From positions 1 to 64,000 of the IMG/VR virus record IMGVR_UViG_3300033121_001921: 64,000 nucleotides of DNA. One strand, given 5' to 3'. This DNA is from a virus (taxonomy: Duplodnaviria > Caudoviricetes). How positions within the stretch are numbered: the stretch's first letter is position 1; each line of letters starts with the position of its first letter. Of the stretch, positions 31,420-42,169 are shown piece after piece. Under the pieces are notes generated by a model. The model saw nothing but the letters and a program-made list of their open reading frames with translations. It had not been told where the DNA came from and ran no database searches. The translations under genes were made by a program, and so were the position numbers.

Positions 31420-31978
31420 TCATATTTTTCAAATACTGAAGCTCTCTTGGAGATAGAGATTCCATTCCCTTCTCGCTTATTTTATCCAAAATACTATCCA
31501 TATCTAATGAGCTATCCTCCATGCCAGAGTTTTCTATTAGATTATCATAAAATTCTTTAATGGATTCCATAACTTCAATATTACCAACAAAATTCTGCTC
31601 CTGAACTATCATATATTTTATGACTTCTTTGGCCATACTTTCAACAAACTCGGGAACAATTCTCTCCAGAACTCGATCCATCTTATGATAATATCCAGCC
31701 TTGAAATTTAAGGAACATCTGATTCTAGGCATTTCTAATTTCACCCTATCTTCATAAACCAATTCCATCTTTCGCTTGTAATTCTCTTGCTGATGATATT
31801 TTTCTTCCTCTGTATTTGATTTTTTAACAAAGAATCCCCAATTCAAAAACCAATTCATATTTTCTTCTAGAGTATCTTTGGATAAGCTTTTAGAGCTCCT
31901 GAGTTCAGTAATAAAACTATGATACGTTTCTGGAAACCAACTCTTCGCTTGATCTTGAGTCAATTTAAATGTGACCAT
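31406..31978 (-). CDS. hypothetical protein with a DUF6576-like C-terminus
   Basis: ends MDSILDKISEKGMESLSPRELQYLKNMS. Confidence 0.65.
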   Translation of the reverse strand: MVTFKLTQDQAKSWFPETYHSFITELRSSKSLSKDTLEENMNWFLNWGFFVKKSNTEEEKYHQQENYKRKMELVYEDRVKLEMPRIRCSLNFKAGYYHKMDRVLERIVPEFVESMAKEVIKYMIVQEQNFVGNIEVMESIKEFYDNLIENSGMEDSSLDMDSILDKISEKGMESLSPRELQYLKNMSDGK

Positions 31979-32007
31979 ATGTTTGTTAAAAGTTCTATAT
32001 ATACTAT

Positions 32008-32397
32008 GTGAAGATAAAAAAGTTGAAAGATATTTTAGATTATCGAGTTAAAGTATCTGTAAATCATAATCATGGACTAAGAACCTATTCACTGATGGAC
32101 ATGAATGATAGGAGAATAGCTTTTTTTACCATCGATATAGAATATGATGAGGATGGTAAAGAAATATTGGAATCTGGACATCTTCAGTCTTTGTTTTTAT
32201 CGGAAGAGTATAGGGGAATGGGAATATCTAAATTGATATTCAGAGTGCTTCTTGGTGAAGTAGAAAAAACAGGATATGAATCTGTTTTCCTATCCGTTAC
32301 TACTGACAATGAACCTGCTATTAGATTGTATAAATCTCTCAATTTTGATGTACTCAATAAGAATGATAAATACTATACTATGTCTTTAGACATCTAA
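32008..32397 (+). CDS. GNAT family acetyltransferase
   Basis: LQSLFLSEEYRGMGIS motif A; NEPAIRLYKSLNF motif B. Confidence 0.85.
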   Translation: MKIKKLKDILDYRVKVSVNHNHGLRTYSLMDMNDRRIAFFTIDIEYDEDGKEILESGHLQSLFLSEEYRGMGISKLIFRVLLGEVEKTGYESVFLSVTTDNEPAIRLYKSLNFDVLNKNDKYYTMSLDI

Positions 32398-32910
32398 ATT
32401 TGATAACATGATCTCTCTCCATAAATTAATGAATCTATTTTTGATTATTTCTTCTTTATATCTTTTAGTAACATGATGACCACTGCATTGTATAGATTTC
32501 ATATACTTTTCTTTGATTAATTTATCATATATTGGCTTGATTTTCTCAAAGCAATTCATTTCATGTGAGTACTTTACCATATTTTGCAAAAGATCAAATT
32601 TTATTCTCTCAAAATTAAAATAAAAATCTTCAATTACGAAGCTTTGCAAATAATTGAAAATATTTGCAGTGTCAAAATCGAGTGGATTAATATGGGGGTC
32701 TGTATTTCTTGGAGAAATGAAAAAGAATTCTATTTCTCTTTTTGTGAATTCAGATATAGCTTTATAAATATATTTTGATATACGATAATCCAAATAGATA
32801 AATATTCTGTTATCAATTTTCTCATAAAATGGAATCCAAGCAATTTTCTTGGCAAGAATTCTATTCTTCGACCTCTTGGTTTCGAAAGGCCATTCAATAT
32901 CAAAGACCAT
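32386..32910 (-). CDS. hypothetical protein
   Basis: 174 aa open frame. Confidence 0.6.
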   Translation of the reverse strand: MVFDIEWPFETKRSKNRILAKKIAWIPFYEKIDNRIFIYLDYRISKYIYKAISEFTKREIEFFFISPRNTDPHINPLDFDTANIFNYLQSFVIEDFYFNFERIKFDLLQNMVKYSHEMNCFEKIKPIYDKLIKEKYMKSIQCSGHHVTKRYKEEIIKNRFINLWREIMLSNLDV

Positions 32911-33238
32911 ATTCTTTTTTTATTTTCGTAAATTCTATATTATCTAATTCTCTAGTTCCTAGAGACTCTCTGTTTATTTTTAAATCTCTATAGTAATTAT
33001 TATTTTTTCTATTGGGTGAATACTTTATTTTGTATCTACTATCATTTTTATGCGTTGAGATGGATTTATATAGATAAAAGTTGTTTGATCCAATTAGATC
33101 ACACCACTGAGGATCTAAAATCTTTATTCCATTGTTTCCCACGAAACCATAGCGAGAGTACGACCACTGATTAGACTTTTTTAGTCTCTTTTTGTAGACA
33201 ATTTCCTGTCTCCATTTTCGCCATATTCTGTTTCTCAT
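32900..33238 (-). CDS. basic hypothetical protein
   Basis: 112 aa; TATATTTG box at 33248-33255. Confidence 0.6.
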   Translation of the reverse strand: MRNRIWRKWRQEIVYKKRLKKSNQWSYSRYGFVGNNGIKILDPQWCDLIGSNNFYLYKSISTHKNDSRYKIKYSPNRKNNNYYRDLKINRESLGTRELDNIEFTKIKKEYGL

Positions 33239-33247
33239 AAGACATTA

Positions 33248-33257
33248 CAAATATATA
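33248..33257. promoter_or_regulatory. overlapping divergent promoter elements
   Basis: CAAATATATA reads as TATATTTG on the minus strand and ATATATA on the plus strand, 4 nt before the ATG at 33262. Confidence 0.5.
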
Positions 33258-33261
33258 GATT

Positions 33262-33627
33262 ATGATTAAGAAGTTTGAGGAATTTGAATGGGTCAGTCCA
33301 GAAGGGCCGCAAAGTATGATTTTAGAATCGGGACATGGCAAAATTTATTCCAAAGAGGAAATAGAAGAATTTTTTCAAGATATTCTTGATGAATGCGATT
33401 CCTCAATTTTTGTAACTGTTAGAAATGATTATGTATCTGTAATAATATTCATTGATCTATATCAATGGAATTCAAATAAAAATTTGTCGAAAATGATATC
33501 AAATGATTTCTGGAGATTAAGAAAATCTACGGAATTAGCATGGTATGATAATCGTGACCAAGAAGTAGATATAAAAAGAGAATATGGCATTCAGAAGTAT
33601 TTCATGGTATCTAGAAACTTAAAATAA
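33262..33627 (+). CDS. MIKKFEEF-family protein
   Basis: 121 aa; EIEEFFQDILDE segment. Confidence 0.75.
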   Translation: MIKKFEEFEWVSPEGPQSMILESGHGKIYSKEEIEEFFQDILDECDSSIFVTVRNDYVSVIIFIDLYQWNSNKNLSKMISNDFWRLRKSTELAWYDNRDQEVDIKREYGIQKYFMVSRNLK

Positions 33628-33646
33628 GAATGCTGGTATAATTCAC

Positions 33647-34279
33647 ATGATATTTAAAAAGTTCGATAAGAATATCACAAAAGAGCTTATTCAAACAGGG
33701 GTTACGGATTCGGAAGAACTAAAAATCCAAATAAAGGCTGCAAAAAAGGGATATTTAGCTGAATATCGTAGAGAGAGGGGATTCATTTTTACATATGGAA
33801 TTCTAAGAGCAATTTTTATGGACGCAATCGAAGCAAAGAAGTCAGCAGATATAAAAATTGGTGCCTATAAGATGTTCCATAGAATCGTTCCAATTGCCAT
33901 GGCTCCATTTTTTCCAGTCTTAGCAATTGTAGGGTACATTTTGGGTACCACAAGAGCAATTAACAAGATCTGGAAACCTTTGATATCGGATTGGAAAATA
34001 AATGACGATGGATTCCTAAAAAGAATGATAGATGCAACAATGAAAATATCTGAAGGCGAGATTGAGATAAAAGACAGATTTACAAGAGCCTTTGTTATAT
34101 CAGATAATTTGGTCTCGGCTATAAAATCAGAAATCCTGCACGAATTTTCAATTTATCTATCAAATAAGATGAGTCTATTAAATAGATCTTTGGAAGTTCC
34201 TGAACATTTTGTAGAGAATGAATTAAAATCTTATCTGAATGATAGATTTAAAGTAAATCCTCGGATCCCTCTCAAGTAG
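33647..34279 (+). CDS. hypothetical protein with one hydrophobic segment
   Basis: 210 aa; starts MIFKKFD. Confidence 0.7.
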   Translation: MIFKKFDKNITKELIQTGVTDSEELKIQIKAAKKGYLAEYRRERGFIFTYGILRAIFMDAIEAKKSADIKIGAYKMFHRIVPIAMAPFFPVLAIVGYILGTTRAINKIWKPLISDWKINDDGFLKRMIDATMKISEGEIEIKDRFTRAFVISDNLVSAIKSEILHEFSIYLSNKMSLLNRSLEVPEHFVENELKSYLNDRFKVNPRIPLK

Positions 34280-34847
34280 ACCAATCTATTTCTGCTTTGC
34301 TTATTGATTTTAGGACCTTATTACATTTGGAAAAATGTTTGTACCCAAAGAATCCATTGCTGGCAGAATATGGAGAAGGATGGGAGGCTTTTAATATGTG
34401 ATGCTTCTTATGATCTATCAAATATTCTTTTGATTGCGCAAATTTTCCCCACAAAAGGAATACCAGATCCTTCTTTAAATTGGAAGTTTCATTGATAATA
34501 AAATCTGTGAATATTTCCCATCCTTTATTTTGATGTGAAGCTGGATGTGATGGTCTTACAGTAAGTATGGTATTCAATAACAAAACTCCTTGATTGGCCC
34601 AATTTTCCAAATTTCCTGTTCTACATTCTATTCCAAGATCATCCTTAATTTCTTTAAATATGTTGATCAGAGATGGTGGCGGAGAAATCTTATTAGAAAC
34701 AGAGAAACATAATCCATTTGATTGGTTGAGTCCATGATATGGGTCTTGCCCTATTATGACCACATTTGTATCTTCAAATTTGGAAAATTTAAAAGCATTG
34801 AAAACCTTGTCTTCTGGAGGATATATTAATTGCTTTTGCCTATGTCT
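34272..34847 (-). pseudogene. ung: family-1 uracil-DNA glycosylase, 5'-truncated
   Basis: YPP, GQDPYH, PPSLINI, GVLLLN and HPSP motifs; the frame is closed by TAA 8 codons before YPP with no ATG, so the usual N-terminal helix is missing. Confidence 0.75.
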
Positions 34848-35095
34848 TTAAATTTACAAAATATTCTAATTCAAATTGTGAAGAATCAATTGAGTCAATA
34901 TCTAACGAAGTCTATAACGAATTTTGTAATATTCTAGGAAAGGAAAATGTTAGGTTGGTTTGGGGAATAGGTGAATTGGAATCTGATGCGGTCAAATCAG
35001 CAATTTCCCTTCATAGATTAGATTCTTTTCCAATAGTTATTAGTGTCGGAACTCTATTAGACGAATCAAACAATCCTGGAATTTTCTCAATTTGA
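34802..35095 (+). pseudogene. start-less 3' remnant of an unknown gene
   Basis: about 97 open codons (..ENVRLVWGIGELESDAVKSAISL..) with no start codon, back-to-back with the truncated ung. Confidence 0.4.
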
Positions 35096-35135
35096 AATTA
35101 CGTCAGGGAAGTCTATATGAAATATATAGACTAAT

Positions 35136-38100
35136 ATGTGGGTTCCCAATAATGATACTTATAAATGGTCTGAGCGAGAGGATAAGAACTCTGTTCAGGA
35201 TTTTGAGTCCTACAAGCAAGATCTTAAATCAGTTAGATTCTATCAAAAATGTCTCAGCGGATCAACATATGTTGCAGTAAATAACCTAGAAAATATCTAT
35301 GATATTTTGGATGAGCAAGATCCAAGAACATATTATTATGATTCGGGATTCAGTGGATATGTAGATTCAGGATCACCGACAGGATCGTTCCAAATAGGGA
35401 TAAATGGAGCGACATCAGGTACTTATTCTCAATATGAATTCCTAAACAAAGAAATTGCAGAATATGGAATGACTCTAAAAAATTTGTTTACTCCAAATAG
35501 ATTAATATCAGACCAAATATCCAATTTATTTTATGTAGATGTTGCTACGGATGGACCTGTAAGTAATATTGGGCAATTTACTCAAAACCTTATAATCGAT
35601 GATATAAGATTAAAAGAAGGACATAGGATTCTCGTAAAGGATCAATATAGAACAGAGATACTATCAAACTCTATTGATCCTGATACCTATTTTATAGGTT
35701 ATTATGAGGTAGTGGAGGAGGGATCAACTCAATCTTCATATAGAATACCGACTTCCGAAAATGGAATTTATATTTTTAGAAATTCTAGACTTGAAAGGAC
35801 AACAGATTTAGATGAATATGAGAATCTTATTAAGTATAGTATATGCGCGAAACTTGGATCCGCGAATAGAGAGCTCCAATTCCATCTTCAAAGATTAAGC
35901 AATGGGTTTTTTCCTGAATACCAAAACTCGGAACCAATTTACTTCAAATTAAAGAAAAATTGGGTAGTTAGAAATAGAATGGACTATAATAATCTATTCG
36001 AGCTCATGTTATACGATACAATAAAACATGCAACTCAATCAATTTTCAATTCAGAAGATGGTATAACATATTCAATACCATCAAGAACAATAGCTGTAGG
36101 TGAATTTGGATCAATATTAAACACTCAAGGTGATCTTACAACTATAGTAAATAATAAATGGAAAACAAATCTCCGAAGCATAGATGAGACGGAAACTAAC
36201 TATTGGATATGTGGTGATGATGGGACACTTCTGAAGGTCGATAAGATTTCATTTGAAATAACCAAAATAAAAATTGACGTTGAGACAAGATTAAATAAGA
36301 TATCCTTCTTTAATAATCTAAGAGGTGTAATTATTGGAAAATTTAATCAATTATGGGTTACAAGTAATGGAGGATATTCTTGGACCAGAATCCAATTTGA
36401 TTCATTTGAGGGATTCAATTATAATTCCGTTATATATTCTCAAATTGATAAATTTTATGTTGGTGGTGATAATGGTGTATTTATAGAATTCGAGGTCGTT
36501 GGATCTGAATGGAATGCCTACAAAAGAAGAATATCTAGATTTGAGGGACAAGATGATGAATTCTTATTGGTTGAAGATATAACTTCACTTTCATATATAG
36601 AAATTAATGATGATCCATATATATCAATAGGTGCCAGAGGAAACAACATATTCATATATGATAAAAATCACGTCTTGTCAGAATATGATTTTATATACCT
36701 TAGAGGTGATATAGAAATTAGTGATGTTACAAGTATTATAAATTATGGTCCAACTTACAGTTTGGTATTTTCTACGTTTGATGGAGTTTACCAAACTTAT
36801 CCATATTTAGCGGTTCCAACATCATTCAATATAATCGATGTAACTTTTCAAACATATCTAAATCAATTTGCAATAAATTCTATTTTTAATTATGCAGATA
36901 CGGAAATAATTTTAGTTGGTAACAACTCAACATGGAAATTGAGTCAATTATCTCTATCAAGTGTTGATGTATACGATAATGATAACATATCGAATTATCT
37001 TGATAGATTGAAGCCAAAGCTTCTATTTATGAATTATGACATTGGATCAAAGCTTTATTGGTTTGATGATTACGGACAATATAGAATTCCACAACGATTT
37101 TCGATGCTAATCACTGATCTATTATCATCTACAAGCATTGAATTTAGATCAAAGTCTGGAGAGATAAGTTGGATAGACTATTGGAAAGACCGACAAAAGA
37201 CATTTGGATATGCTAGCGGAGATATGTCCAACTCAACAACTGTCGAGCCTAGCTTCCTATTTAGACAAGATGATACGAATTCGGGAACATGGTCATATGT
37301 TGGATCGGATGTAACAATATCCTACGATGCCAACGTAATGCCACTAACGCAATCATCGAGATTTAGACCACCATCAACCCCAACACCTGGATTTGTAGAA
37401 GATCTGTACTTTTATGATTATCTTGGGGTGTGGAAAAATCCGGGATCTCAAGTTGGAGATGTGATTTTAATAAAATCTGATATCGTAGAGGGAAAATTCA
37501 TAATAAACAGAGTTGAAGGCAGCTATTCTTATTTCTTTACAGATTTCAACGAAAACATAATTACAAATTTATCCCAAACGATTGATCCTATTTATGTCAA
37601 GAATTTAAATCTTTACAACTCAACGAGTCAAGATCTATTTATGGATGTCTTCAACAGACATTACATTTCCAATGCTTATGGAATTGATACTTTAGAATAT
37701 TCTGCCACACAATCCTCATTTGAAATATTCGGTAAATATAGTAGATATTCAGCATACTATAATCTAGAAATGGAAATAGATGACGGAACAAACACAACAG
37801 AAATAAATTATCCAAGCGGATTCTTGAATTTCGGATATACTCCAACATATAATCTTTTAAGCTATCTAACTTTTATAAATCCTGCTCTATCAGCATCAAA
37901 GGAATTCTTATCTCTACCAGTCTTCGAGAATATACCATGGGGAACAACAGTTTCTAATGTTTACATAGATATTGGAATACCAAGTCATAATAAAATAAGA
38001 TTTGGGACCGATCTAAAGCACATTTGGGATTCTCTTCTATTATGGACATTTGTTGATGTAGAAGTAACTGGATCCCCAAATATATTAAAAGAAGGATTAA

Positions 38101-40076
38101 TAATCGTAAATAAGTATTTCGAAGAAAATATCAATTACCCTGGACTAAATTGGATCATTGAATTTCATGATTTAATTGGCAGCAACTGGGCTTCAATAAC
38201 TGATATATCCATTAGATCAAGAAGGAGATTAGATCAAATTTCCAGAGATTTGCAATACTTTAATAATTTTCATCGTCCGGAAGATCTAATAACTGATGTT
38301 TATGATCTTTCAGGATCTCCAATAGTATCGACATTCTCAAATTATGAGACCGAAATAAAATACAAAATACCAACAGACTCATATGTTAAGGCAATGCTAT
38401 CAGACACCGAATTTTTTGAATCCATTACAGGTGTTATATACACAGACTATAAGAATGAGTTAGCTATACAAATAGCTAAATTAGATAGGGAATATGAAAT
38501 TGATATAACAAGTGGATCAGCGAGTCAGATAACCTTATCAGATCCACACAATTTGGTAATTGGGGATAGTGTATCTATAGAATATACAGGAACTCAATCC
38601 GTATTAACTCCGTCTGCTCTCGGATATAGATCCGTGACATCAATAATTAATGAATATACTTTAGAAATAGATGCTACTATTTCATTTCAATTGGGACTCG
38701 TCTTAACATATACTAAAAAAGATCCATTTTTGAATTTTGAACCAATAGATATCTTTGATTTAGGAGTGGGAGATAAGAAAGTTAAACAAGCTGTTGAGAT
38801 AACTCCAGACAAGTGGGATGTCGAAGGAAGTCGATATTTCCTACAAAATATGGATTTCAATAAATTCAGATACAGGCTTATCGATGGACTTGATCTGGAA
38901 ACGCTATCAAACAATTATCAATGGATTCTAGAAGCTGAGATTAAAGATGCTATAATAGGATATAGATTGGTGGACAAGGAATTAGTTTGGTATAAGGGAA
39001 TCTGGGAATGTGGAAGATGGTTTGGTGGTCGTTGGATATCAGGTACTTGGAAGTCGGGGGACTGGTATGGTGGTACGTGGGAATCTAAAAAGATTAAGGA
39101 TAATTTTATCTCCGTTGGTGTTGATGACTCATCTTCAAATTTAGAAAGTTCTAAGTGGTTTGGTGGAAGATGGTTTGGTGGAATTTGGAATGCCGGAACT
39201 TGGTATGATGGAAGATGGTATGATGGAATTTGGTCGTCTGGAAGGTGGTATGATGGCACTTGGAATGATGGCACTTGGAAATCGGGAGACTTCCTATCAG
39301 GAATTTGGGTTCTGGGCGAGTGGAGCAATGGAATATTCAATACTTCAAATGGACCCGCTTTCTGGCTAGATGGTAAATTTATGGGTGGTGATTTCGAAAA
39401 TGGAGTTTGGTATAGTGGGGAGTTCAATCAATTGGAAAATGGTCCCGTTTCTAGGTTCGGAACAAAAGCTATAAATACAAGAAATGCTAATTGGTTAGGT
39501 GGTAAATTCATCGCTGGACAATTCCATTCATATTTAAACTTAAATGATGATGGAGATCCTGACGTATCAGATATACATAAGTATTCAAATTGGCATACTG
39601 GATTTTTCAGTGGGGATTTCTATGGTGGTAATGCCTATAACATAAACTTCAATTCCGGCGTCTGGCATGGGGGTATACTAAATGATCTAGAAATAGTTGG
39701 AATTAATTCTACTCCATCCAATACATTTTTATTAAGTGGCATTTGGAGATTTAACATTGGTGATCAATTTTATGTGACTGATGATTTGATCACATCCACA
39801 TATTCAGTCTTTGGATCAACTCAAGATCCTATTAGATATAGAGTCATAGATACTACCTTAGATGAGGATGCTAATACAACTGAAATCTATGTTGATAGAA
39901 GATTGTTTGATATTCTTTCAGTGAATACTGGTGAAATAGATACGGGACTTAAACTGGTTTCTAGATTTTCAAATTCCTTCTTTAACTCAGGAATTTGGTT
40001 CAATGGAGTTTTTGAGTCTGGATATTTCAATGGTGGAATGTGGTATATGGGAAACTTTTCAGGAAATTGGGGCTAA
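35136..40076 (+). CDS. large putative virion structural protein (YCF48-like propeller repeats + GxW pentapeptide repeats)
   Basis: 1646 aa; AVGEFGSI/ICGDDGTL/VGGDNGVF repeats; C-terminal G-x-(W/F)-x-x repeats; ATATATA upstream. Confidence 0.65.
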   Translation: MWVPNNDTYKWSEREDKNSVQDFESYKQDLKSVRFYQKCLSGSTYVAVNNLENIYDILDEQDPRTYYYDSGFSGYVDSGSPTGSFQIGINGATSGTYSQYEFLNKEIAEYGMTLKNLFTPNRLISDQISNLFYVDVATDGPVSNIGQFTQNLIIDDIRLKEGHRILVKDQYRTEILSNSIDPDTYFIGYYEVVEEGSTQSSYRIPTSENGIYIFRNSRLERTTDLDEYENLIKYSICAKLGSANRELQFHLQRLSNGFFPEYQNSEPIYFKLKKNWVVRNRMDYNNLFELMLYDTIKHATQSIFNSEDGITYSIPSRTIAVGEFGSILNTQGDLTTIVNNKWKTNLRSIDETETNYWICGDDGTLLKVDKISFEITKIKIDVETRLNKISFFNNLRGVIIGKFNQLWVTSNGGYSWTRIQFDSFEGFNYNSVIYSQIDKFYVGGDNGVFIEFEVVGSEWNAYKRRISRFEGQDDEFLLVEDITSLSYIEINDDPYISIGARGNNIFIYDKNHVLSEYDFIYLRGDIEISDVTSIINYGPTYSLVFSTFDGVYQTYPYLAVPTSFNIIDVTFQTYLNQFAINSIFNYADTEIILVGNNSTWKLSQLSLSSVDVYDNDNISNYLDRLKPKLLFMNYDIGSKLYWFDDYGQYRIPQRFSMLITDLLSSTSIEFRSKSGEISWIDYWKDRQKTFGYASGDMSNSTTVEPSFLFRQDDTNSGTWSYVGSDVTISYDANVMPLTQSSRFRPPSTPTPGFVEDLYFYDYLGVWKNPGSQVGDVILIKSDIVEGKFIINRVEGSYSYFFTDFNENIITNLSQTIDPIYVKNLNLYNSTSQDLFMDVFNRHYISNAYGIDTLEYSATQSSFEIFGKYSRYSAYYNLEMEIDDGTNTTEINYPSGFLNFGYTPTYNLLSYLTFINPALSASKEFLSLPVFENIPWGTTVSNVYIDIGIPSHNKIRFGTDLKHIWDSLLLWTFVDVEVTGSPNILKEGLIIVNKYFEENINYPGLNWIIEFHDLIGSNWASITDISIRSRRRLDQISRDLQYFNNFHRPEDLITDVYDLSGSPIVSTFSNYETEIKYKIPTDSYVKAMLSDTEFFESITGVIYTDYKNELAIQIAKLDREYEIDITSGSASQITLSDPHNLVIGDSVSIEYTGTQSVLTPSALGYRSVTSIINEYTLEIDATISFQLGLVLTYTKKDPFLNFEPIDIFDLGVGDKKVKQAVEITPDKWDVEGSRYFLQNMDFNKFRYRLIDGLDLETLSNNYQWILEAEIKDAIIGYRLVDKELVWYKGIWECGRWFGGRWISGTWKSGDWYGGTWESKKIKDNFISVGVDDSSSNLESSKWFGGRWFGGIWNAGTWYDGRWYDGIWSSGRWYDGTWNDGTWKSGDFLSGIWVLGEWSNGIFNTSNGPAFWLDGKFMGGDFENGVWYSGEFNQLENGPVSRFGTKAINTRNANWLGGKFIAGQFHSYLNLNDDGDPDVSDIHKYSNWHTGFFSGDFYGGNAYNINFNSGVWHGGILNDLEIVGINSTPSNTFLLSGIWRFNIGDQFYVTDDLITSTYSVFGSTQDPIRYRVIDTTLDEDANTTEIYVDRRLFDILSVNTGEIDTGLKLVSRFSNSFFNSGIWFNGVFESGYFNGGMWYMGNFSGNWG
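39033..40070 (+). repeat. coding G-x-W/F-x-x pentapeptide repeat region
   Basis: GIWECGRWFGGRWISGTWKSGDWYGGTW ... GRWYDGTWNDGTWKSGDFLSGIW. Confidence 0.85.
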
Positions 40077-40564
40077 AATCCTATATAATTTTCATGATAA
40101 AATATCATAACATGTCTAATATATTTTCCCCTTTTGAATTTGCGACGTTCATTCTCCAAGTCTTGATATGAATCATAAATTTGCAAAAATCCAAATTCCT
40201 TAGCTAAGTTGGAAAATTCCTGGATATTTTCATTCCATTTACCCTCCTCGAATGTTATAGATACAGTATAAAATGGAATGTTCCTATATCCATATCCCAC
40301 GGAAGCCTTCCTTTGAATATCTATAAGCTCTGAATCTGGTAACAATCTACTTATATTGTAATAAAATTAAGACTGTCTGTATCTAAGAATATCATAAAAT
40401 GATGGATTTCCATCCCATCCATTCCAGACAGGAGCGTGCCATTTAAGCGATAAGAATATCTTTTTCACATCAACCGAAACGTTGAAAGATTCTTCCAATC
40501 CAGAAAAGATATCAAATAGCACTCCCTCATCTTCTGAATAAGATTCAAATTTCTTTATTATCAT
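40073..40564 (-). pseudogene. MIIKKFES-family gene split by an in-frame TAA
   Basis: ORFs 40367..40564 and 40073..40345 are in one frame (RYRQS*FYYNISRLLPDSE). Confidence 0.6.
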
Positions 40565-41151
40565 AGATCATCAAATTTCTTTATCTTAAATAGAGAATTA
40601 ATGTTATTCAGTTTTGCCTTTATATCATCTAATAGTCTTTTATGTATAGTATTTAGGTCTCTATTTTTTTCAAGTCCTTTTACTATTCTAAAAGTTTCTT
40701 CAAAATAATTATTTCTGAACTTCTCGGACGCTGTAAACGCATCTGAAATATTTTGAAGCCTGTCTGATAATTTAATGATAAGTGCTTTGTCCGACATCTT
40801 TATCATCTTATTAAGAAGATAACCCCCCTTATCACCACCCCATTTATGTGAAATCTCACCACCATCAGATGTAAGTTCCATGACAATATCAGCAATATCG
40901 GGACCAAATCTATCCTTTATGTCCCTATATCCTATCCATTTGTCCTCATAACAATCTTCTGCAACATCATGCAAAAGAGATGCACAGAGAATATCCTCAT
41001 CTGTTGTGTAGAATTTAGCTATACCATTGACTTTCTGAACATGATCATCAAAATAAGGTAGTCCAATAAATTTTCTTACTTGTCCCCTATGCTTTTCTTG
41101 AGCAAATTCCCAAGCTTGCTTCTCCTTTTCCGTAATAGGTCTGTTAGCCAT
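40561..41151 (-). CDS. HD-domain (p)ppGpp hydrolase-like protein (Mesh1/SpoT HD type)
   Basis: FAQEKHRGQVRK..PY, LLHDVAED, ELTSD and IKLSDRLQNI motifs. Confidence 0.85.
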   Translation of the reverse strand: MANRPITEKEKQAWEFAQEKHRGQVRKFIGLPYFDDHVQKVNGIAKFYTTDEDILCASLLHDVAEDCYEDKWIGYRDIKDRFGPDIADIVMELTSDGGEISHKWGGDKGGYLLNKMIKMSDKALIIKLSDRLQNISDAFTASEKFRNNYFEETFRIVKGLEKNRDLNTIHKRLLDDIKAKLNNINSLFKIKKFDDL

Positions 41152-41207
41152 CTACAAATTTAATCATTTTTTCACAAATTACAAAATGCGTAATTTATAT
41201 ATAAATT

Positions 41208-41786
41208 ATGAATCACATTAAAAAATTTGAATCTTGGGATAATGATGCTCCAGTATTCAATTTTGATCAAACATTTCATGTTGTTGGCAGAAATGAAATA
41301 TCTAGCTGGTGGGATTGTCTATCATGTGATAATATATGGGAAAATTTTAATAAAATAGATCCATCAGAATGTCCAAAATGCTCTTCAAAAGAAATTGAAG
41401 AAATAGAATCTGGTGAAGAAGATGACTTACTAGATTTATATAGTCTTAAGAAAGCCTATGAAAATCTGAATCCAGAATCGCACCAAGAAGTTATAAATGA
41501 AGTTAAGTCACTAATTGAATCAACAATTGAAAAGTCTGGAGGTGAATTTTCAACTTTTGTGGAGTCTATGGTAAAGGAACCAGAAAAATTCAAAATTGAA
41601 GGACTTATCAATGATTCCGACATATATGATTTCTATCTAAAATATAGAAATGATATAGATGAGATATTAAATGATGTGAAGTTCTATGATGAGGTTCCAT
41701 CTGAAATAAATGTTTTTGGTCTATACGATTATATAATTACGGGAACGAATAGAGCCGTTCAAGAGGTTGTCAAGATGATCAAGTAA
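41208..41786 (+). CDS. MNHIKKFES-family protein with a zinc ribbon
   Basis: CLSC...CPKC; ATATATA 4 nt upstream. Confidence 0.75.
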   Translation: MNHIKKFESWDNDAPVFNFDQTFHVVGRNEISSWWDCLSCDNIWENFNKIDPSECPKCSSKEIEEIESGEEDDLLDLYSLKKAYENLNPESHQEVINEVKSLIESTIEKSGGEFSTFVESMVKEPEKFKIEGLINDSDIYDFYLKYRNDIDEILNDVKFYDEVPSEINVFGLYDYIITGTNRAVQEVVKMIK

Positions 41787-42153
41787 GAGTTATGCAAATT
41801 AGCATTTCCGCATATTGTCTTTTAATTCTTAGTCCATCATATTCAATCTTTGATACCGATTCATAAATTAATTTATAAATCTTAGATTCGTCTTCTAAAA
41901 ACTTATAATACTCTTCAAGATCTTCGGGATTTCTAACATCTTTACTAACTTCTTTACCTAGGGTCACAACAACAAGAAATTGATTACTCATTCTATGATT
42001 ATCAAAGTATCCGAAAAGGCCTTGATACACTTTATAAATTTCTTTAGAGTAGTAAAATTTGATTTGATTTTCATCAGAAATATTTAAAAACGCAAGCTTT
42101 ATATCATCCAATCTATCATCAATTGAAGATTCATTGAATCTACTAATTTTCAT
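41779..42153 (-). CDS. N-terminal motif family protein
   Basis: MKISRFNES...DDIKLAFLNISDE. Confidence 0.7.
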   Translation of the reverse strand: MKISRFNESSIDDRLDDIKLAFLNISDENQIKFYYSKEIYKVYQGLFGYFDNHRMSNQFLVVVTLGKEVSKDVRNPEDLEEYYKFLEDESKIYKLIYESVSKIEYDGLRIKRQYAEMLICITLT

Positions 42154-42169
42154 TATTTATATATAAATT

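Noticed and set aside
38918-39427. Pro/His-rich repetitive minus-strand ORF
   Set aside because: It is the antisense reading of the G-x-W repeat region.
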